Of a stretch of 64,000 bases of DNA, positions 35,846 to 45,802 are shown piece after piece; position 1 is the first letter of the stretch, and each line of letters begins with the position of its first letter. The position numbers and the translations under genes were made by a program. Under the pieces are notes generated by a model, which was given only the letters and a program-made list of their open reading frames with translations, was not told where the DNA came from and made no database searches. This stretch comes from a bacterium (lineage in GTDB: Bacteria > Bacillota > Clostridia > Christensenellales > CAG-138), in assembly GCA_963643205.1 (NCBI GenBank), contig CAVIJJ010000004.1:52-64051 (forward strand), read 5' to 3'.

Positions 35846-36870
35846 GCGCCTTTCCTCCGCGAGCATATAAGATAAATGAAGAAAGGCGCGCCTATGAAGG
35901 CGGTAAGTATGCCTATGGGTATTTCAACGGCGAGAAGGTTTCTAGCCAAATCATCAACTATCAAAAGAAATGTGGCGCCAAGCAGCATTGATGCCGGCAT
36001 AAGGCGCCTGTAATCGCTGCCGACTATTTTTCGCGCCATGTGCGGCACAACCAGACCAACCCAGCCTATCATGCCCGCGCTCGCTATGCTTGCGGCCGTA
36101 ATAAGCGTTGCCGCCGCTATCACAAGCATTCTCAGCCTTCTCGCGTTCACGCCCATTGTGCGGGCTTCCTCATCGCCAAGCGTTAAAAGATTAAGCCGCC
36201 AGCGGCAAACGAACAGCACCGCGCAGCCTGCTATCATGGGAATGGCGGCCATCCTTACGGCGCTGTGCCTTGTGCCCGAAAGGCTGCCCATAAGCCAGTA
36301 TGTTATGGCGGGCAGCTGATTATTGGGATCCGCGACTAATTTTATGTATGATGTTCCGGCGGAGAAGAGCGAGCTTAGCATTATTCCCGCAAGTATAAGG
36401 TTAACAACATTGTCCCCGCGTGCCTTCGAGGCTATGAACATGGCCGTAAATACAGTTATCATGCCGAACGCGAACGCGCTCGCGGTAACAAGATAGCTTG
36501 GCGCGCCGAGAAGAATAGCGAGAGCCGCGCCGAACGCCGCCCCGCTTGAGGCACCAAGTATATCCGGCGAGGCCATCGGGTTTTTGAAAACGCCCTGATA
36601 CGCTCCGCCCGCCGCGCTTAGGCAGCAGCCAACCATGCACGCGAGAAGAATCCTTGGCAGACGTATGTTTATAACGGCGCTTTCCATGCTGCTTTCCCAT
36701 GTTTTATCAATCGAAACGAAGGGAAGACGGCTTATAAGAATTTTTATTGCCTCCGAAACCGGAACGTTTAATCTGCCAAACAGCAGCGATATAAGGGCGG
36801 CGCAAAGCAAAGCCACGGCAAAAAACCACAGGATATACCTACGCAGCGGCCTCTTTTTTATCATACTCAT
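35842..36870 (-). CDS. FecCD-family iron/cobalamin-type ABC permease
   Basis: 342 aa, polytopic, with FecCD blocks RLPRILLACMVG, DILGASSGAAFGA, LTLGDEEARTMGVN, GWVGLVVPHMAR. Confidence 0.9.
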   Translation of the reverse strand: MSMIKKRPLRRYILWFFAVALLCAALISLLFGRLNVPVSEAIKILISRLPFVSIDKTWESSMESAVINIRLPRILLACMVGCCLSAAGGAYQGVFKNPMASPDILGASSGAAFGAALAILLGAPSYLVTASAFAFGMITVFTAMFIASKARGDNVVNLILAGIMLSSLFSAGTSYIKLVADPNNQLPAITYWLMGSLSGTRHSAVRMAAIPMIAGCAVLFVCRWRLNLLTLGDEEARTMGVNARRLRMLVIAAATLITAASIASAGMIGWVGLVVPHMARKIVGSDYRRLMPASMLLGATFLLIVDDLARNLLAVEIPIGILTAFIGAPFFIYLICSRRKGA

Positions 36871-36904
36871 ACACCGACTCCTTACTTTACTGCCTGTAGC
36901 ACAT

Positions 36905-36933
36905 ATTCTACCACATTAAAGCGTTATGTACAA
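36905..36933 (-). promoter_or_regulatory. Sigma-A-like promoter of the ABC operon (TTGTAC-17-TGgTAGAAT)
   Basis: Minus strand: TTGTAC (36933-36928), a 17-nt spacer ending in TGG, then TAGAAT (36910-36905). The leader is only about 30 nt, so there is no room for a riboswitch. Confidence 0.5.
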
Positions 36934-37016
36934 CAAAGAATAACGCCCGCAAAATGCCCTGATTTCGGCGAATATTGCAGCCCGATACAAAATTTGTAAA
37001 ACTTGCAAAAAAGTTC

Positions 37017-37045
37017 TTGCATATATCGAAATAGGATAGTATAAT
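37017..37045 (+). promoter_or_regulatory. Sigma-A-like promoter of tRNA-Thr (TTGCAT-17-TATAAT)
   Basis: TTGCAT at 37017-37022, a 17-nt spacer, TATAAT at 37040-37045, about 35 nt before the mature tRNA 5' end. Confidence 0.6.
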
Positions 37046-37080
37046 ATACAGCGTTGACGCGGTAAGCGTCATAATGGTTC

Positions 37081-37157
37081 GCTGGTGTAGCTCAGTTGGT
37101 AGAGCGCGTCATTGGTAATGACGAGGTTCATGGGTCCGACTCCCATCACCAGCTCCA
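37081..37157 (+). tRNA. tRNA-Thr (anticodon GGT), CCA encoded
   Basis: Cloverleaf by hand: acceptor GCTGGTG/CACCAGC, D arm GCTC-AGTTGGTA-GAGC, anticodon arm CGTCA-TTGGTAA-TGACG, T arm ATGGG-TCCGACT-CCCAT, discriminator T, then CCA. The variable region reads AGGTTC (6 nt) and the T-loop TCC instead of TTC. Confidence 0.85.
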
Positions 37158-37163
37158 CGCAAA

Positions 37164-37190
37164 ATACCATCCGTCAAGGATGGTATTTTT
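37164..37190 (+). terminator. Intrinsic terminator after tRNA-Thr
   Basis: 9-bp stem ATACCATCC / GGATGGTAT with a 5-nt loop, running into TTTTT. Confidence 0.8.
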
Positions 37191-37216
37191 GTATACAAAA
37201 TCAGGAGGAGGCCTGT

Positions 37217-37744
37217 ATGAGGCATATACTTATTTGCGGCGCGAGGGGCGTTGGCAAGTCCACACTTATAGCAAAACTTATCGCCAACATTGATGCTCCG
37301 CTGTACGGATATTTTACAAAGCGCCTGGATAAGGCTGATGACGACGGCCTTTTCCCTATTTATATGTATCCCGCCTGGGTTAAGGACGAGGAGCGCGAGC
37401 GCGGCAGAGAAAACATGATAGGCCGATGCAGCGGCAGAATGCACGATGTGCATATCGAGGTATTCGATAAGTTTGGCGCCGGTTATATTCGCGCGGCAAA
37501 GCCGGGCGGAGTGATAATAATGGATGAGCTTGGCTTTATGGAAAGAAACGCGCAGGAGTTTAAGCGCGCCGTGTTCGAAGCGCTTGACGGGGACATTCAG
37601 GTTATAGCGGCGGTAAAGGATCGCTACGACGTGGAGTTTCTTAACGCCGTGCGCGCGCATGAAAAGGCGCAGGTTTTTAATATTACGGAGCAGAACAGGG
37701 ATTCTCTCTATGGCGAGATTTTGCCGCTTATAGCAAAAATATAG
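37217..37744 (+). CDS. NTPase_1 (THEP1-like) nucleoside-triphosphatase family protein
   Basis: ATG at 37217 lies after AGGAGGAGG. Walker A ICGARGVGKSTLI, Walker B IIMDELGFME, C-terminal ITEQNRD. The track ORF start at 37112 runs through the tRNA and is rejected. Confidence 0.7.
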   Translation: MRHILICGARGVGKSTLIAKLIANIDAPLYGYFTKRLDKADDDGLFPIYMYPAWVKDEERERGRENMIGRCSGRMHDVHIEVFDKFGAGYIRAAKPGGVIIMDELGFMERNAQEFKRAVFEALDGDIQVIAAVKDRYDVEFLNAVRAHEKAQVFNITEQNRDSLYGEILPLIAKI

Positions 37745-37814
37745 GGCCTTAGCTTGCTAAATGGCTTAAATTGGAATATAATAGCGAACAGTATTTATTA
37801 TCCGGAGGTTGATT

Positions 37815-39197
37815 ATGTTAAGATTGAGCGAACTGGTGCGGGCTTATGAAGCGCACGCAGGCGAAATCGAGGTTGTAGGTTGGATCAGAACGGCGCGCGA
37901 AAGCAAGAACGTGGGCTTTATAGAGCTTGGCGACGGATCCTGCTTCAAGAACGTGCAGGTTGTTTACGAGACCAATAATATCAATCAGGACATAACCAAG
38001 CAGCTTAATACCGGAACCGCGATAGGCGTTAAGGGCGAGCTTGTGCTTACGCCGGATATGCCGCAGCCTTTTGAAATAAGGGCTAAGGAGATTTCAATCC
38101 TCGGCACTTGCGACAGCGACTATCCCCTGCAGAAGAAGAGGCACAGCCTTGAGTATCTGCGCACCATTCAGCACTTAAGACCCCGCACGAATATGTTCCA
38201 GGCGGCGTTCAGGGTGCGCGGCGTTGTGGCGCAGGCCATACACCGTTTCTTTGACGAGCGAGGCTTCCTTTATGTTCATACGCCGCTCATCACCCCGAGC
38301 GATTGCGAGGGCGCGGGCGAGATGTTCCGCGTGACAACGCTTGATATGAACAACCTGCCCAAAACCGAAGACGGCAAAACCGACGACAGCAAGGATTTCT
38401 TCGGCAGGGAAGCTAATCTGGCGGTAAGCGGACAGCTTTACGGCGAGGCGTTCGCGCTTGCCTTCCGCGATATATACACATTCGGCCCAACCTTCAGGGC
38501 GGAGTATTCATTCACCGCGCGCCACGCGGCCGAGTTCTGGATGATAGAGCCGGAGATGGCCTTCTGCGACCTTGAGGGAGACATGGAAGTTGCCGAGGCG
38601 ATGGTTAAATACATTATCCGCACCGTTATGGAGCGCTGCCCGGACGAGCTTAAGTTCTTCAACAGCTTTGTGGACAAGACCCTGCTCGACAGGCTTACAA
38701 ACGTTGTTGAAAATGACTTTGCCAGGGTAACCTACACCGAGGCCGTTGATCTTCTTAAAAAGTCCGGCGCGGAGTTTAAGTATCCCGTTGATTGGGGCTG
38801 TGATCTGCAGACCGAGCACGAGCGCTATCTGACCGAGCAGATATTCAAGCGCCCCGTATTCGTTACCAACTACCCCAAGGATATAAAGGCCTTCTATATG
38901 CGCCTTAATGACGACGGAAAGACCGTTGCCGCGGTTGACCTGCTTGTTCCCGGCGTGGGCGAGATAATAGGCGGCAGCCAGCGCGAGGAGCGCACGGATA
39001 AGCTTAAGCAGCGCATAGAGGAGCTTGGGCTTGATATGAGCCAGTACGACTGGTATATGGATCTTAGGCGCTTCGGCGGCGTTCAGCACGCGGGCTATGG
39101 CCTTGGATTCGAACGAATCGTAATGTACGTTACGGGCATAGCGAACATAAGGGATGTGCTCCCGTTCCCCCGTACGGCTTCAAGCATGGATATATAA
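37815..39197 (+). CDS. asnS: Asparagine--tRNA ligase
   Basis: About 460 aa, class IIb aaRS. N-terminal OB fold ([23 protein letters not shown]), then [21 protein letters not shown] and GGSQREER...GLGFER. ATG at 37815 lies 6 nt after GGAGG. Confidence 0.9.
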   Translation: MLRLSELVRAYEAHAGEIEVVGWIRTARESKNVGFIELGDGSCFKNVQVVYETNNINQDITKQLNTGTAIGVKGELVLTPDMPQPFEIRAKEISILGTCDSDYPLQKKRHSLEYLRTIQHLRPRTNMFQAAFRVRGVVAQAIHRFFDERGFLYVHTPLITPSDCEGAGEMFRVTTLDMNNLPKTEDGKTDDSKDFFGREANLAVSGQLYGEAFALAFRDIYTFGPTFRAEYSFTARHAAEFWMIEPEMAFCDLEGDMEVAEAMVKYIIRTVMERCPDELKFFNSFVDKTLLDRLTNVVENDFARVTYTEAVDLLKKSGAEFKYPVDWGCDLQTEHERYLTEQIFKRPVFVTNYPKDIKAFYMRLNDDGKTVAAVDLLVPGVGEIIGGSQREERTDKLKQRIEELGLDMSQYDWYMDLRRFGGVQHAGYGLGFERIVMYVTGIANIRDVLPFPRTASSMDI

Positions 39198-39204
39198 AAA
39201 ATTC

Positions 39205-39229
39205 GGCGTGGCAACCCCACGCCTTTTTT
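39205..39229 (+). terminator. Intrinsic terminator of asnS
   Basis: Stem GGCGTGG / CCACGCC with loop CAACC, followed by TTTTTTATT. Confidence 0.8.
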
Positions 39230-39252
39230 ATTGCGAAATTATTTATAAGCAC

Positions 39253-39288
39253 AAAAAAACGCCGTACCCGGGAGACCGGGCGCGGCGC
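39253..39288 (-). terminator. Intrinsic terminator of gap
   Basis: Imperfect GC-rich hairpin (CCCGG-GAGA-CCGGG extended by GCCG/CGGC), followed on the minus strand by TTTTTTT. Confidence 0.7.
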
Positions 39289-39305
39289 TTATCATTTAGC
39301 GCGGT

Positions 39306-40322
<1,017 letters not shown>

Positions 40323-40359
40323 CTATATCCTCCATAAATAAAAATTTCTAAAATATAAA

Positions 40360-40378
40360 TTCGGCTTATGCGGCCGAA
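40360..40378 (-). promoter_or_regulatory. Small hairpin in the gap leader / downstream of the GT2 gene
   Basis: 6-bp stem TTCGGC / GCCGAA with a 7-nt loop, followed on the minus strand by TTTATATTTT, about 40 nt upstream of the gap ATG. It could be a weak terminator for the GT2 gene or a 5' stabiliser for gap. Confidence 0.3.
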
Positions 40379-40504
40379 ATTGATTTCCACACATATAATA
40401 GTATCAAAAATAAAGAACTTTTGACAATAGTTGCAAGGCTAACCAAGCATACGAATATGCAAGATTAGCCATAAGTTCACATTATAAAGCTCAAATTAAA
40501 CCGT

Positions 40505-41437
40505 TCAGCGGTCTATATTTATGGTTTCGGCGGCTATGTAAAGCGGGCGGTCGCGAACCTCGTCATATATCCTGTTAAGGTACGCTCCCTGAATGCCTAT
40601 CGCAACAAGCGTAAGCGCGTTTATAAGCACAAGCCCATCCACGGCCCAAAGCCACGGCGCGCAGCCCAGAGTTGCCGCGATTATTATAAGCGCTATAAGC
40701 CCAAGCACGCTCAGAACGCCGAGCGCTATGCCGGCATAAAGCGCCAAAGACATGGGCTTATATGAAAAGCCCAGTATGCCGTCAAACGCCAAACGCAGCA
40801 TTTTTTTGAGGGTATATTTGGTTTTGCCCGCCTGGCGTTCATGGCGCACATATTCAACGGGAACGGCCTCAAAGCCCATCCAGCCGCTCATGCCGCGAAG
40901 GAAGCGATTATGCTCCCGCATTTTAAGGAATACGTCCGCAACCTTTTTGTCAAGCAGCCTGAAGTCGCCCGTATCAAGCGGAATGGGGTATGCGCTCATG
41001 GCGTTAAGAAGCCTGTAGTAGCAAAAGGCGGTGAACTTTTTGAATATTGTTTCGCCCTCTCGCTTAAGGCGCTTGCCGTACGCTATGTCCGCCCCGTTTT
41101 CCCAGGCCTTAACAAGCTCCGCTATAACCTCCGGCGGATCCTGAAGGTCCGCGTCTATTATAATAAGCGCGTCGCCGCGGGCGTTGTCCATGCCGGCGGT
41201 TACGGCAAGCTGATGGCCAAAGTTCCTTGAAAAGCTTATTACGCGAACCTCGCCGTGCTCCTTGGCTATGGCGCGCAGCTGGCGCATGGTGCCGTCCCTG
41301 CTGCCGTCGTTTACGTATATTATCTCGTGATCGTAGTCGCTGAGCATGCGCATAGCCTCGCTCATGCGGGCATAGGACTGCGGAAGTACCTCTTCTTCAT
41401 TAAAAACCGGAACTATGAGAGAAAGCAATTTCTTCAT
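40505..41437 (-). CDS. Family 2 glycosyltransferase (polyprenyl-phosphate sugar transferase, GtrB/ArnC-like)
   Basis: 310 aa with SLIVPVFNEEE, VNDGSRDGT, IIIDADLQDPPE and two C-terminal TM helices. Confidence 0.85.
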   Translation of the reverse strand: MKKLLSLIVPVFNEEEVLPQSYARMSEAMRMLSDYDHEIIYVNDGSRDGTMRQLRAIAKEHGEVRVISFSRNFGHQLAVTAGMDNARGDALIIIDADLQDPPEVIAELVKAWENGADIAYGKRLKREGETIFKKFTAFCYYRLLNAMSAYPIPLDTGDFRLLDKKVADVFLKMREHNRFLRGMSGWMGFEAVPVEYVRHERQAGKTKYTLKKMLRLAFDGILGFSYKPMSLALYAGIALGVLSVLGLIALIIIAATLGCAPWLWAVDGLVLINALTLVAIGIQGAYLNRIYDEVRDRPLYIAAETINIDR

Positions 41438-41592
41438 TCGAATAAACCTGCCTTTTCTGATTATATCAATCTATTATATCATTATTTTGCCCGTTCTCAA
41501 CCAATGTTTACATTTTGGCTCATTGAGGGAACATAGCGGACTGTGATATACTATATAAGCAAACAAGAAAATCACAGGATTCGGTATATATA

Positions 41593-42795
41593 ATGAAACG
41601 ATATCACAGACGGCGGCGCGGCATACGCCGCAGACGCAGCCTTAAATCAACAATATGGGGGCCGATACTGGCGCTTTGCGCAACCGTTTTGGGCATTATC
41701 GGCATAATAGCGGCGATAGTGTTTGTGGGCCTGCCTAAGCTGCTTCCGCTTATAGGCGTTGAGTATCGCGCGCCGTTCGCGCCAACGCCCTCGCCAAGCC
41801 CCACGCCCGTGCCAACTCCAACTCCCAATCCAATGGATCTTTTTGATGTGGAAAGCGCGGAAGAGGAGGTTGTGTTCGACGAAATAAGGGACTATAAATG
41901 GTTTGGCGATCCTTATTTTTATGATGGCAAGCTTATGCTGACCGGCGGCAAACTTATTGACGGAAAATCCGTAATGTGCGATTTATTGCTTTGGGATCCG
42001 GAGGAGCGCAGTGCCGAAAAGATAGACATAACGCTTGAAAATACACACTTTATGTTCCCAAAGTTCAATGACGATTGGATAGTTTATCTGGACGCGAATT
42101 ACGATGGGGGCGGCAAGCTTTGCGCCGTAAACAGGAACGATACCACGCTTACGCCCGTAACCATAAAAACGGTATATACCGGCCAATGCGAGCCGATGCT
42201 TTATGAAAACTATGTGGCGTGGATAGAGCGCACGGGTACGCGCATGGACAAGCTTTTCCTTTGCGACCTTACAACCATGGAAACAACAACGCTGCACATG
42301 TTCAGCAACAGCTCATACGGGCAAAGCCTGCCCTCGCTTGTGAACGGCGTTCTTGTTTGGGCGGACGCGGAAAAGAGCGGCTCAACGGACGATGAGGACA
42401 CGAGCGTTATATACTTTGTGCGCCTTGGGTCAACATCAATAAAGAGCATACATACCGGAACCTACGCGCACGACCCGATATCAAACGGGCAGTATACGGC
42501 CTGGCTTGATTCGCATCATTCGCCCGAGTGCAAGCTTTATTATATGGCGCAGGACGAAACCGAGCCTACGCTTGTGGCGGGGGGCGTTGTGCAGTTCGGC
42601 ATGGGCAATAACTTTATCGCGTACTCTAAGGACGAAACGATATACCTTTACAGAATAGACAACAAAAAGACCTATAAGCTTTCCGGAGTATACGAAACGG
42701 CGCAGTTTATGGGCGTAAGCGACGGCAAGGTAATATGGATGGACGTTACCAGCCGGGAGAGAGACATTCTTAAATATGCGGAGGTGCCGGACTGA
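41593..42795 (+). CDS. Hypothetical membrane-anchored protein with Pro/Thr linker and repeat-containing (beta-propeller-like) ectodomain
   Basis: 400 aa. Arg-rich N-terminus MKRYHRRRRGIRRRRS, a TM helix, linker PTPSPSPTPVPTPTPNP, then recurring hydrophobic-W/Y-x-D/E strands (WIVYLD, YVAWIE, VLVWAD, YTAWLD, FIAYSK, VIWMD). Weak ribosome-binding site. Confidence 0.55.
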   Translation: MKRYHRRRRGIRRRRSLKSTIWGPILALCATVLGIIGIIAAIVFVGLPKLLPLIGVEYRAPFAPTPSPSPTPVPTPTPNPMDLFDVESAEEEVVFDEIRDYKWFGDPYFYDGKLMLTGGKLIDGKSVMCDLLLWDPEERSAEKIDITLENTHFMFPKFNDDWIVYLDANYDGGGKLCAVNRNDTTLTPVTIKTVYTGQCEPMLYENYVAWIERTGTRMDKLFLCDLTTMETTTLHMFSNSSYGQSLPSLVNGVLVWADAEKSGSTDDEDTSVIYFVRLGSTSIKSIHTGTYAHDPISNGQYTAWLDSHHSPECKLYYMAQDETEPTLVAGGVVQFGMGNNFIAYSKDETIYLYRIDNKKTYKLSGVYETAQFMGVSDGKVIWMDVTSRERDILKYAEVPD

Positions 42796-44138
42796 TGCCT
42801 AAGGGAGCGAAAACGGTATTTGTCTGCGGCGAGTGCGGCTACGAAAGCGGCAAATGGCTCGGCCGCTGCCCGAATTGCGACAGCTGGAACACATTTGTTG
42901 AAACCTCGCCCGCGCAGCAGGTTAAAAAAGGAATATCAACCCAGCGCGCTTTGCCTATGCGAGAGGTGCGCGCGGACGCGGCGAAAAGAATACCCAGCGG
43001 CATAGGCGAGCTGGACCGGGTACTTGGCGGCGGAATAGTGGGCGGAAGCGCGGTGCTTCTCGGCGGAGACCCTGGAATAGGCAAATCAACCCTTCTTATG
43101 CAGATGGCGGGTTCGCTTACCGCGCAGGGGAGCGTGCTTTATGTTACCGGTGAGGAATCGGCGGCGCAGCTTAAGCTTAGGGCGGAGCGCCTTGGCGCGA
43201 ACGGGGACATGCTGCTGCTTGCCGAAACGGACATAACCGTAATAGAGGCGGAAATTGAGCGGATAAAGCCCGCGTTTCTTATAATAGACTCCATACAGAC
43301 AATGTATTGCCCGGATATAGCCTCCGCGCCCGGCAGCGTAAGCCAGGTTCGCGAGGCGACATCCTTTTTGACGCGCGTTGCCAAAACAACCGGCACGGCC
43401 GTATTCATAGTGGGCCACGTTACAAAAGAGGGCGCCATAGCCGGGCCAAGAGTGCTTGAGCACATGGTGGACACCGTGCTTTCTTTTGAAGGGGATAGGC
43501 ACGACGCGTTCAGACTTTTGAGAAGCGTAAAGAATCGCTACGGCTCAACAAACGAGATAGGCGTTTTTGAAATGGGCGAGCGCGGCATGGAGGAAATCCC
43601 CGATCCCTCCGGCATGTTCCTTACGGGAACGGATGCCCCGGGCTGCGCGGTAACCTGCGCGCTTGAGGGCACAAGGCCGATGCTTGTTGAGGTGCAGTCG
43701 CTTATATCAAACACCCCGTTTTCAAACCCGCGGCGCATGAGCGCGGGTCTTGAATTGAACAGGCTTATACTCCTGCTTGCGGTGCTTGAAAAGAAGGCAT
43801 ATCTTTCGCTTGCCGACAAGGACGTGTATATAAATGTTGTGGGCGGAATGAGGCTTGAGGAGCGCTGCTGCGATCTGGCGGTTGCTATGTGCGTGGCGAG
43901 CGCATTGCTTGAGGCGCCTATGCCTAAGAATACCGTATGCCTGGGCGAAATATCGCTTACCGGAGAGGTGCGCGGCGCGAGCAGAATGGAAAAGCGCGCG
44001 GCTGAATGTGCGCGCCTTGGCTACGAGCGGCTTATAATACCAAGGCATGCCGCATTTAAGGCCCCGGGCGGAATAGAGCTTGTTCGCGTGGGTACGCTTG
44101 CCGAGGCCGTAAAGGTGCTTACGCAGGGCAGTAAGTAA
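42795..44138 (+). CDS. radA: DNA repair protein RadA
   Basis: 447 aa with N-terminal zinc finger CGECGYESGKWLGRCPNC, Walker A GDPGIGKSTL, the KNRYG motif and a Lon-like C-terminal domain. TGATG overlap with the upstream ORF. Confidence 0.95.
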   Translation: MPKGAKTVFVCGECGYESGKWLGRCPNCDSWNTFVETSPAQQVKKGISTQRALPMREVRADAAKRIPSGIGELDRVLGGGIVGGSAVLLGGDPGIGKSTLLMQMAGSLTAQGSVLYVTGEESAAQLKLRAERLGANGDMLLLAETDITVIEAEIERIKPAFLIIDSIQTMYCPDIASAPGSVSQVREATSFLTRVAKTTGTAVFIVGHVTKEGAIAGPRVLEHMVDTVLSFEGDRHDAFRLLRSVKNRYGSTNEIGVFEMGERGMEEIPDPSGMFLTGTDAPGCAVTCALEGTRPMLVEVQSLISNTPFSNPRRMSAGLELNRLILLLAVLEKKAYLSLADKDVYINVVGGMRLEERCCDLAVAMCVASALLEAPMPKNTVCLGEISLTGEVRGASRMEKRAAECARLGYERLIIPRHAAFKAPGGIELVRVGTLAEAVKVLTQGSK

Positions 44139-44180
44139 GAATGAAAACCCGGGCGCGGCGCGGCTGATATACCGAAAGAT

Positions 44181-44214
44181 AAAAAGAGCGAAGGAACATT
44201 AAAGCCCTTCGCTC
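44181..44214 (-). terminator. Intrinsic terminator of yhbY
   Basis: 9-bp stem GAGCGAAGG / CCTTCGCTC with an 11-nt loop. The minus strand continues with TTTTT. Confidence 0.7.
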
Positions 44215-44219
44215 ATTCA

Positions 44220-44513
44220 TTATGCTTTTATAAGCTCTATTTTGGGGTTTTCCTTGCTGCGGCGGTATAGCGTAAGCTTTTTGCCAATGCACTGCACCGG
44301 CTCCGCGTGAAGCCTTGCGGCAAGGGTTTCCATTGTGTCCTTGGGGCTTTCCGGCGCGGTTTCAAGCACGGTTATTTTTATAAGCTCGCGCGCCTCAAGC
44401 GCCGCGTCAAGCTGTTCCGTTACCGCGGGGGTAACGCCCGCCTTGCCTATTTGATACAGCGGCTGCAGCGTGTTCGCCATGGACCTGAGCTGTGCCCTTT
44501 GTTTGCTTGTCAT
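44220..44513 (-). CDS. yhbY: YhbY/CRS1-family RNA-binding (ribosome assembly) protein
   Basis: MTSKQRAQLRSMAN...LQPLYQIGKAGVT...ELIKI...LYR pattern. ATG at 44513 lies 9 nt after AGGAGA. The track start at 44522 is a TTG abutting the SD. Confidence 0.8.
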   Translation of the reverse strand: MTSKQRAQLRSMANTLQPLYQIGKAGVTPAVTEQLDAALEARELIKITVLETAPESPKDTMETLAARLHAEPVQCIGKKLTLYRRSKENPKIELIKA

Positions 44514-44533
44514 AATATACAATCTCCTTCTAT

Positions 44534-45802
44534 TTATTCAACAAAATCAAATTCCCATTCGCCCATGCGCACAACGCTTTCCTCGTTCGCGCCGGCGGCA
44601 CGCAGGGCATCTATAATGCCCTCTTTTATAAGGTACTGCTGGAAGCGGCGCATAGAGCCCTCGTCGTCGGCATAGGTGGTATCGAGTATATAGTCCACGC
44701 TGCCGCCGGAAACCACGAACACGTCCCCGTCCTTTTCTATTGTGAAGCCGGGCTCGTACTTGTGGCCTATGTTTATTTCCTCCTCCTCAAACTGATATGT
44801 TTTGGGAAGGGTCGCAAGCGTTCTTACAAGGCAGTCTATAAGCGCGTCAAATCCGCTTACGGTTGCGGCGGACACGGGGAATATTTCAACATCCTCGCCG
44901 GCGAGTGCCTCCTTCAGCTTTTCAAGGTTTTCCTCGGCGCCGGTAATGTCCATTTTGTTCGCGGCAACAACCTGCTTAAGTTCGCCTAAGCGGGCGCTGT
45001 ATTTTGTAAGCTCGTTCTTTATTTTGAAGTAATCATCCGCGGGGTCTCTGCCCTCGCTGCCGGATACGTCTATAACGTGCACAAGCAAGCGCGTGCGCTC
45101 AATATGCCTTAAAAAGTCGTGCCCAAGGCCCGCGCCGTCGGCCGCGCCCTCTATAAGGCCGGGAATATCGGCAAGCACAAACGTTTTATCGTAGCGCTTA
45201 ACAACGCCAAGGTTAGGCGTAAGGGTTGTAAAATGGTAGTTGGCTATCTTTGGCTTGGCGCTTGTTAGCACGGAAAGAATCGTGCTCTTGCCAACATTCG
45301 GCAAACCTATAAGGCCAACGTCCGCTATTGTTTTAAGCTCAAGCTCAACCTCCCTTTCAAGCGTTTTCTGCCCGGGCTGAGCAAAGCGCGGGGATTGCTT
45401 GGCGGGCGTTGCGAAGCGGCTGTTGCCCTTGCCGCCGCGGCCGCCGAAAAGAACTATTTTCTGCCTGCCGGGCTGGCTTAAATCCGCGGCAATGGCGCCT
45501 GTTTCAACGTCCTTCACAAGCGTGCCCACGGGAACCTTTATTATAAGATCCTGGCCGTTTTTGCCGCTTGAATGGGACGCGCGGCCCTTTTCTCCGTTTT
45601 CGGCGCGGAAAAAGCGCGCGAACTTAAAGTCCAGCAGCGTGTCCATATTTCCGTCCGCCACAAACACAACGTTTCCGCCGCGGCCGCCGTCGCCTCCGTC
45701 CGGACCGCCGCGGGTAACGAATTTTTCCCTATGGAAGCTGGCGCAGCCGTCTCCGCCGTCTCCCGCCTTTATAACTATTCTTGCTTTATCAACGAACTGC
45801 AT
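44534..45802 (-). CDS. obg: GTPase Obg
   Basis: 422 aa with the Obg fold N-terminus MQFVDKARIVIKAGDGGDGCASFHREKF. G motifs GLPNVGKST, DIPGLIEGA and NKMD. C-terminal OCT domain. Confidence 0.95.
   Translation of the reverse strand: MQFVDKARIVIKAGDGGDGCASFHREKFVTRGGPDGGDGGRGGNVVFVADGNMDTLLDFKFARFFRAENGEKGRASHSSGKNGQDLIIKVPVGTLVKDVETGAIAADLSQPGRQKIVLFGGRGGKGNSRFATPAKQSPRFAQPGQKTLEREVELELKTIADVGLIGLPNVGKSTILSVLTSAKPKIANYHFTTLTPNLGVVKRYDKTFVLADIPGLIEGAADGAGLGHDFLRHIERTRLLVHVIDVSGSEGRDPADDYFKIKNELTKYSARLGELKQVVAANKMDITGAEENLEKLKEALAGEDVEIFPVSAATVSGFDALIDCLVRTLATLPKTYQFEEEEINIGHKYEPGFTIEKDGDVFVVSGGSVDYILDTTYADDEGSMRRFQQYLIKEGIIDALRAAGANEESVVRMGEWEFDFVE

Noticed and set aside
36871-37016. Cobalamin or other riboswitch upstream of the FecCD-type ABC operon
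   Set aside because: A good promoter (TTGTAC-17-TAGAAT) leaves only about a 30-nt leader, and no B12-box-like sequence is visible.
37112-37216. Upstream part of the 210-aa ORF 37112-37744
   Set aside because: It overlaps the tRNA-Thr gene and its terminator. The real CDS starts at ATG 37217, behind AGGAGGAGG.
37745-37814. T-box leader upstream of asnS
   Set aside because: Only 70 nt of intergenic sequence is available. There is no specifier or antiterminator architecture and no T-box consensus.
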